Assembly: GCA_016182565.1 (NCBI GenBank) | Contig: JACPGI010000002.1 | Location: 1 to 42,587 of the forward strand | DNA: 42,587 nucleotides | Source: a candidate division WWE3 bacterium | GTDB lineage: Bacteria > Patescibacteriota > WWE3 > UBA101185 > UBA10185 | Direction of reading: 5' to 3' | Shown: one piece after another, positions 38,669 through 42,587 of the stretch | How the letters are laid out: every line of letters starts with the position of its first letter | Position numbering within the stretch: the first letter of the stretch is position 1 | The notes under the pieces: generated by a model | What the model saw: the letters and a program-made list of their open reading frames with translations, nothing else | What the model was told of the DNA's origin: nothing | The model's database searches: none | Program-made: the position numbers and the translations under genes

Positions 38669-40564
38669 ATGGATATTAAAGAGATCATAACTACAAATTT
38701 AAAGCAAATCATTAATGATATCTATAAGATTGATATTGCTAAAGAGGAAATTCAGCTAGAGCATCCGAACGATGATAAGTGGGGCGATTTATCGTGTAAT
38801 GTGTCTTTTAAAGTGGCAAAAGTTACTAAGCAGTCCACAATTGAAGTTGCCAAAAATCTAGCCTATGGGTTATTAAAAAATGATATTGTAGTAAAATTGA
38901 ACTCCGAGGAGGTTTCAGTATTTAAAAAAATAGATTTTCAAGCCCCTGGATTTGTTAATTTTACATATTCAGACTATTTCTTACTGTACAAGGCTTTGAA
39001 TGTAGATGAAAATTTAAAAAAAGATTCTCCAGAAAATAATATAGGGCTATTTAGAGGACAAAAAGTACTCTTTGAGTATACCGACCCAAATCCGTTTAAG
39101 GTGTTTCATATAGGTCATTTAATGAGTAATGCAATTGGGGAATCCTTAAGTCGCATCTATGAATATTTGGGTGCAGATGTGAAGCGAGTTAATTATCAGG
39201 GAGATGTTGGATTACACGTAGCAAAATCTATTTGGGGTATTTTAAAGATTTTTGATAGTGAAAAGGTCTTACTTACCGACTTAAAAAACAAGAGTCTTAA
39301 AGAGCGGGTGACTTTTCTTGGCCGCGCTTACGCTCTTGGAGCTTCGGCATATGGGGACGAGTTACAACCGGAAGCCAAAACACAAATGCATGAGCTTAAT
39401 TACCTTATCTATATTGCGGCTCAGGAAAGATTAGTTGAAGAGGAGAGTTGGATACCGGTGGTAGATTATAAAAAGTATTTACAGGACAGTAAAACATTTG
39501 ATTACCAGGTAGTGAAAGAACTTTATCATTTAGGTAGGCAGTGGAGCCTAGAGGATTTTGAACAGTTATACCAAGAACTTGGCACCAAGTTTGATTCCTA
39601 CTACTTTGAAAGTAAAGTTGGTGAATATGGTCTTGATATTGTGAATGCTCATATATCAGATGGGGTTTTCGAAAAGGACAATGGGGCGGTCATATTTAGA
39701 GGTGAAAAAGTAGGACTTCATAGTAGGGTGTTTATCAATTCAAAAGGACTTCCCACCTACGAAGCAAAAGATTTAGGACTCGCCTTCCTTAAATACGAGT
39801 TATTTAAGTATGACAAATCATTTATTGTCACTGCAAATGAGATAAATGAGTATTTTAAGGTCGTACTTAAAGCAATGGGTATGTTTAGCCTGGAACTTAC
39901 AAAAAAGACAACCCATATCGGGCACGGAGTACTACGCTTAACCACCGGTAAGATGTCATCAAGAACTGGTGAGGTACTTACGGGAGTAGGTTTGATTAGG
40001 GAAACTAAAGAAGAGATAATGCGGATAATGCAAGAAGTTGGAAGCGATCTTGACACTGATAAAAGAGAAGAAATAGCCACTCAACTTTCAGTTGGAGCTA
40101 TAAAATACAGTATATTAAAACAAGGTTTAGGAAAAGATATTATTTATGACAAAGATAGGGCAATAGCTATAACAGGGGATACGGGTCCTTATTTGCAATA
40201 TACCCATGCTAGGGCAAATTCACTTATTGAAAAAGCCGGTACCTGGGATTTTGATTTACAATCTATCAAATATGAACTTTCTGAGGGCAAGTTTACTGTT
40301 TCAGAGTTAGAGAGAAAAATACTTCGTTTCCTACTTCAGTTTGATGAAAAAGTTGTATATGCCATGAACAATTTGTCACCAAATCTTGTCTGTGATTATC
40401 TTTTTGAGTTGGCTCAAAGATTTAACACCTTCTATAATGAGATTCCAATACTGGCTTCTTTAAATAATGAAAGAAATTTCAGACTTTTGCTTACTAAAAG
40501 GTTACGAGACTCTCTAAAGACCGGCCTTTGGCTTTTGGGTATCGTTGCACCGGATAAAGTTTAG
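38669..40564 (+). CDS. argS: Arginine--tRNA ligase
   Basis: PNPFKVFHIGH (HIGH), GKMSSR, GPYLQYTHARA; ATG 38669 preferred. Confidence 0.97.
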   Translation: MDIKEIITTNLKQIINDIYKIDIAKEEIQLEHPNDDKWGDLSCNVSFKVAKVTKQSTIEVAKNLAYGLLKNDIVVKLNSEEVSVFKKIDFQAPGFVNFTYSDYFLLYKALNVDENLKKDSPENNIGLFRGQKVLFEYTDPNPFKVFHIGHLMSNAIGESLSRIYEYLGADVKRVNYQGDVGLHVAKSIWGILKIFDSEKVLLTDLKNKSLKERVTFLGRAYALGASAYGDELQPEAKTQMHELNYLIYIAAQERLVEEESWIPVVDYKKYLQDSKTFDYQVVKELYHLGRQWSLEDFEQLYQELGTKFDSYYFESKVGEYGLDIVNAHISDGVFEKDNGAVIFRGEKVGLHSRVFINSKGLPTYEAKDLGLAFLKYELFKYDKSFIVTANEINEYFKVVLKAMGMFSLELTKKTTHIGHGVLRLTTGKMSSRTGEVLTGVGLIRETKEEIMRIMQEVGSDLDTDKREEIATQLSVGAIKYSILKQGLGKDIIYDKDRAIAITGDTGPYLQYTHARANSLIEKAGTWDFDLQSIKYELSEGKFTVSELERKILRFLLQFDEKVVYAMNNLSPNLVCDYLFELAQRFNTFYNEIPILASLNNERNFRLLLTKRLRDSLKTGLWLLGIVAPDKV

Positions 40565-40607
40565 CATTTGGTAATATATTAAGGCTTTTTAGTTTATAAT
40601 TAGATTG

Positions 40608-41777
40608 ATGACCAAGATTTCAGATATTACAAATGACACCTCTTCAGCTAGAAGACCAAGGCCTACCGGGCTTGGTTTTATTAGAGCTGTATTTTCTGTA
40701 ATTGTTATCTCTATTTTTATATTAGCTCTAGTTTTTTTTGTTAAACAGGCAACTTTGGTTGATACTTCAAATCTAAATACCTTGATAAACACCGTTTTTA
40801 GTCAATTTGGGTATGAGAACTCACGAATCGGTAAGGTCGCGGGGGATATTATTGAAAGGGTGGGCGATGTAGGTTTAGAAAACGAGCACGAATTAAATAT
40901 TAATTCAAATGATAACGGGGGGAATTTGCCAGGTACAAATGACATACCAGGAGATATAACTTCCGCCTCAACTTCCCGAAAAGAAGTAAGCAATATAGAT
41001 AATATAGTGCTAAGAGTCGCTATTGCCTCTGATGTCCACCTGAGTAAATCCGAAAGTATTTATGGGCCAAACAAAGGTTATCTTGCGTCTTTGTTTGACA
41101 TAATAAAAACTAAGAATATTGACACCCTTTTATTTCTTGGGGACCTTACAAACTATGGAGACTTGGAGTCTTTGCAGCTGGGTAAAGAGATGCTTCAAGA
41201 TGCTGGATTAAAATACAAAGTAATACCGGGGGATAGAGATCTTGCCGCATCTGTAGGTATAGCCAACTTTACGAATGTTTTTAACTCCCATAATTATGTT
41301 TTTGAATCAGATGGTTACAAATTTGTGATGCTTGACAACAGTGCAAACTATACATTAATCCCGCAAGAAACACTTGATTGGTTTGATAAGCAGTTGAACG
41401 GGGCTGATTTTGTCCTTTTATCCCAACCTTTATATACGGAAGGGTTAACAATGTTTAGTAACGTGTATATGGGAAGTACATTAAGTTCTCCGGAAGATAC
41501 AAATTTAATCGCAAAGCAGGAAGAGGTAAAAACCCAAAGGAACTTAATCCTGTCGTTAATAAGGGCTTCAGAAGTAAAGGCTGTTATTGCCGGAGATCAT
41601 CACAAATCAAGTAAAGTTATTGATAAAATAAAACCTAGTTTGACACATTTTGTCGTTGGTGCAGTCGGTGGAAATGTTAATGAATACTCTCAGAAGTCTT
41701 TACAATCTCAGAGATTTTCTATACTCGAGGTGTATAAAGATGGTAGTTTTGCGCTTATCGACACCTTAATAAATTAA
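40608..41777 (+). CDS. Membrane-anchored calcineurin-like metallophosphoesterase
   Basis: N-terminal TM; SDVH, GDLT, GDRD (GNH variant) and GDHH motifs. Confidence 0.8.
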   Translation: MTKISDITNDTSSARRPRPTGLGFIRAVFSVIVISIFILALVFFVKQATLVDTSNLNTLINTVFSQFGYENSRIGKVAGDIIERVGDVGLENEHELNINSNDNGGNLPGTNDIPGDITSASTSRKEVSNIDNIVLRVAIASDVHLSKSESIYGPNKGYLASLFDIIKTKNIDTLLFLGDLTNYGDLESLQLGKEMLQDAGLKYKVIPGDRDLAASVGIANFTNVFNSHNYVFESDGYKFVMLDNSANYTLIPQETLDWFDKQLNGADFVLLSQPLYTEGLTMFSNVYMGSTLSSPEDTNLIAKQEEVKTQRNLILSLIRASEVKAVIAGDHHKSSKVIDKIKPSLTHFVVGAVGGNVNEYSQKSLQSQRFSILEVYKDGSFALIDTLIN

Positions 41778-41830
41778 AGTAAAAGCAAAGTTCTATAGAC
41801 TGCCTTTTATCTTTCTGCTAAGATCCAATA

Positions 41831-42412
41831 ATGATAGAAAGATCTTTAGTTTTAATGAAGCCCGACGCAGTAAAAAGGGGTATTGTTGGGGAAATTTTAC
41901 AACGTTTTGAGCGCATGGGTTTAAAAATTGTTGGTATGAAAATGCTTCACCCCGAAAAATCTTTTGTAGAAAAACACTATTCGACTTCAGACGAAAACTT
42001 AACTGTAATGGGTAATAAGTCTATTGAAGATGCAAAAGAAAACAATATAGACTTAATGAGGACTCTTGGGACAACTGATCCCTTGGTTATAGGGAAAAAT
42101 ATCTGGAGTTGGTCGGTTGAGTTTTTATCATCGGGGCCAGTCATTGCTGTCGTTTTTGAAGGGCCTCACGCTATAGCTAACATAAGATCACAAGTAGGAC
42201 ATACACTGCCATTAAAATCTGTTCCGGGTACAATAAGGGGTGATTATGGTATGGACTCGTCATACAGCGGTAACAGTAGGGGACGAACAATTTACAATTT
42301 AGTACATGCATCTGGTACTAAGGCAGAAGCCGAGTTTGAAATAAACCTTTGGTTTAAACCAGATGAAATTTTGGTTTATAAACGAGTTCATGATGATCTT
42401 TATGGTTACTAG
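41831..42412 (+). CDS. ndk: Nucleoside diphosphate kinase, long form
   Basis: LMKPDAVKRG, PGTIRGD, NLVHAS (catalytic His). Confidence 0.95.
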   Translation: MIERSLVLMKPDAVKRGIVGEILQRFERMGLKIVGMKMLHPEKSFVEKHYSTSDENLTVMGNKSIEDAKENNIDLMRTLGTTDPLVIGKNIWSWSVEFLSSGPVIAVVFEGPHAIANIRSQVGHTLPLKSVPGTIRGDYGMDSSYSGNSRGRTIYNLVHASGTKAEAEFEINLWFKPDEILVYKRVHDDLYGY

Positions 42413-42511
42413 TTAAAGCTGCTAGTTAAAAAATTAAGCTCTTGTTTTCTTATTTACTAATTTATCTTATATTTACCCACTTAAAGATTTAATGTTAATA
42501 TTGGAAAGCCT

Positions 42512-42587
42512 GGAGGGGTCGCATAGTGGCCTAGTGCGTCAGTCTTGAAAACTGATATAGCCTTTGGCTATCGTGGGTTCGACTCCC
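42512..42587 (+). tRNA. tRNA-Ser(TGA), cut by the window end
   Basis: GGAGGGG acceptor start, TCAGT-CTTGAAA-ACTGA anticodon arm, long variable arm ATAGCC/GGCTAT, GTGGGTTCGACTCCC T-arm. Confidence 0.92.

Noticed and set aside
41831-42412. Insertion making Ndk about 50 aa longer than the E. coli enzyme
   Set aside because: Long-form Ndk variants are, to my knowledge, already known, and the catalytic motifs are normal.

Overview
This 42.6 kb AT-rich bacterial window shows no prophage, IS element or CRISPR array. Gene content and style suggest a Patescibacteria/CPR genome, Microgenomates- or WWE3-like; this is inference from the scarce Shine-Dalgarno sites, class F sortase, large GT-C-like membrane proteins and MerR-TM proteins. 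Gene order: rpsA; clpC-like/radA/yacL; two convergent toxin-antitoxin modules (brnTA with an internally deleted toxin, and vapBC); a hydrolase-dead RelA/SpoT homologue; a GC-richer two-gene orphan island; a surface glycosylation trio; an LPXTG protein plus sortase; rho with a prion-like N-terminus; LysM-M23; obgE; tRNA-Ala; an O-antigen-ligase/TPR protein; a membrane-tethered MerR-like protein; dprA-comM; an atypical F-type ATPase operon; arsR; comEA-comEC (split); argS; a metallophosphoesterase; ndk; tRNA-Ser. The standout is the ATPase operon. Subunits b, delta, alpha, gamma, beta and epsilon are in canonical order and alpha/beta keep their catalytic motifs. No subunit a gene is present. The c position holds a ~280 aa protein with a signal peptide, an extracellular beta domain and a c-subunit-like hairpin (GRNP loop) that lacks the ion-binding carboxylate. 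This fits an ATP-driven rotary motor turning an extracellular domain better than an ion-coupled ATP synthase, and it lies inside a DNA-uptake gene cluster. All family calls come from motif recognition by eye; no database searches were run.
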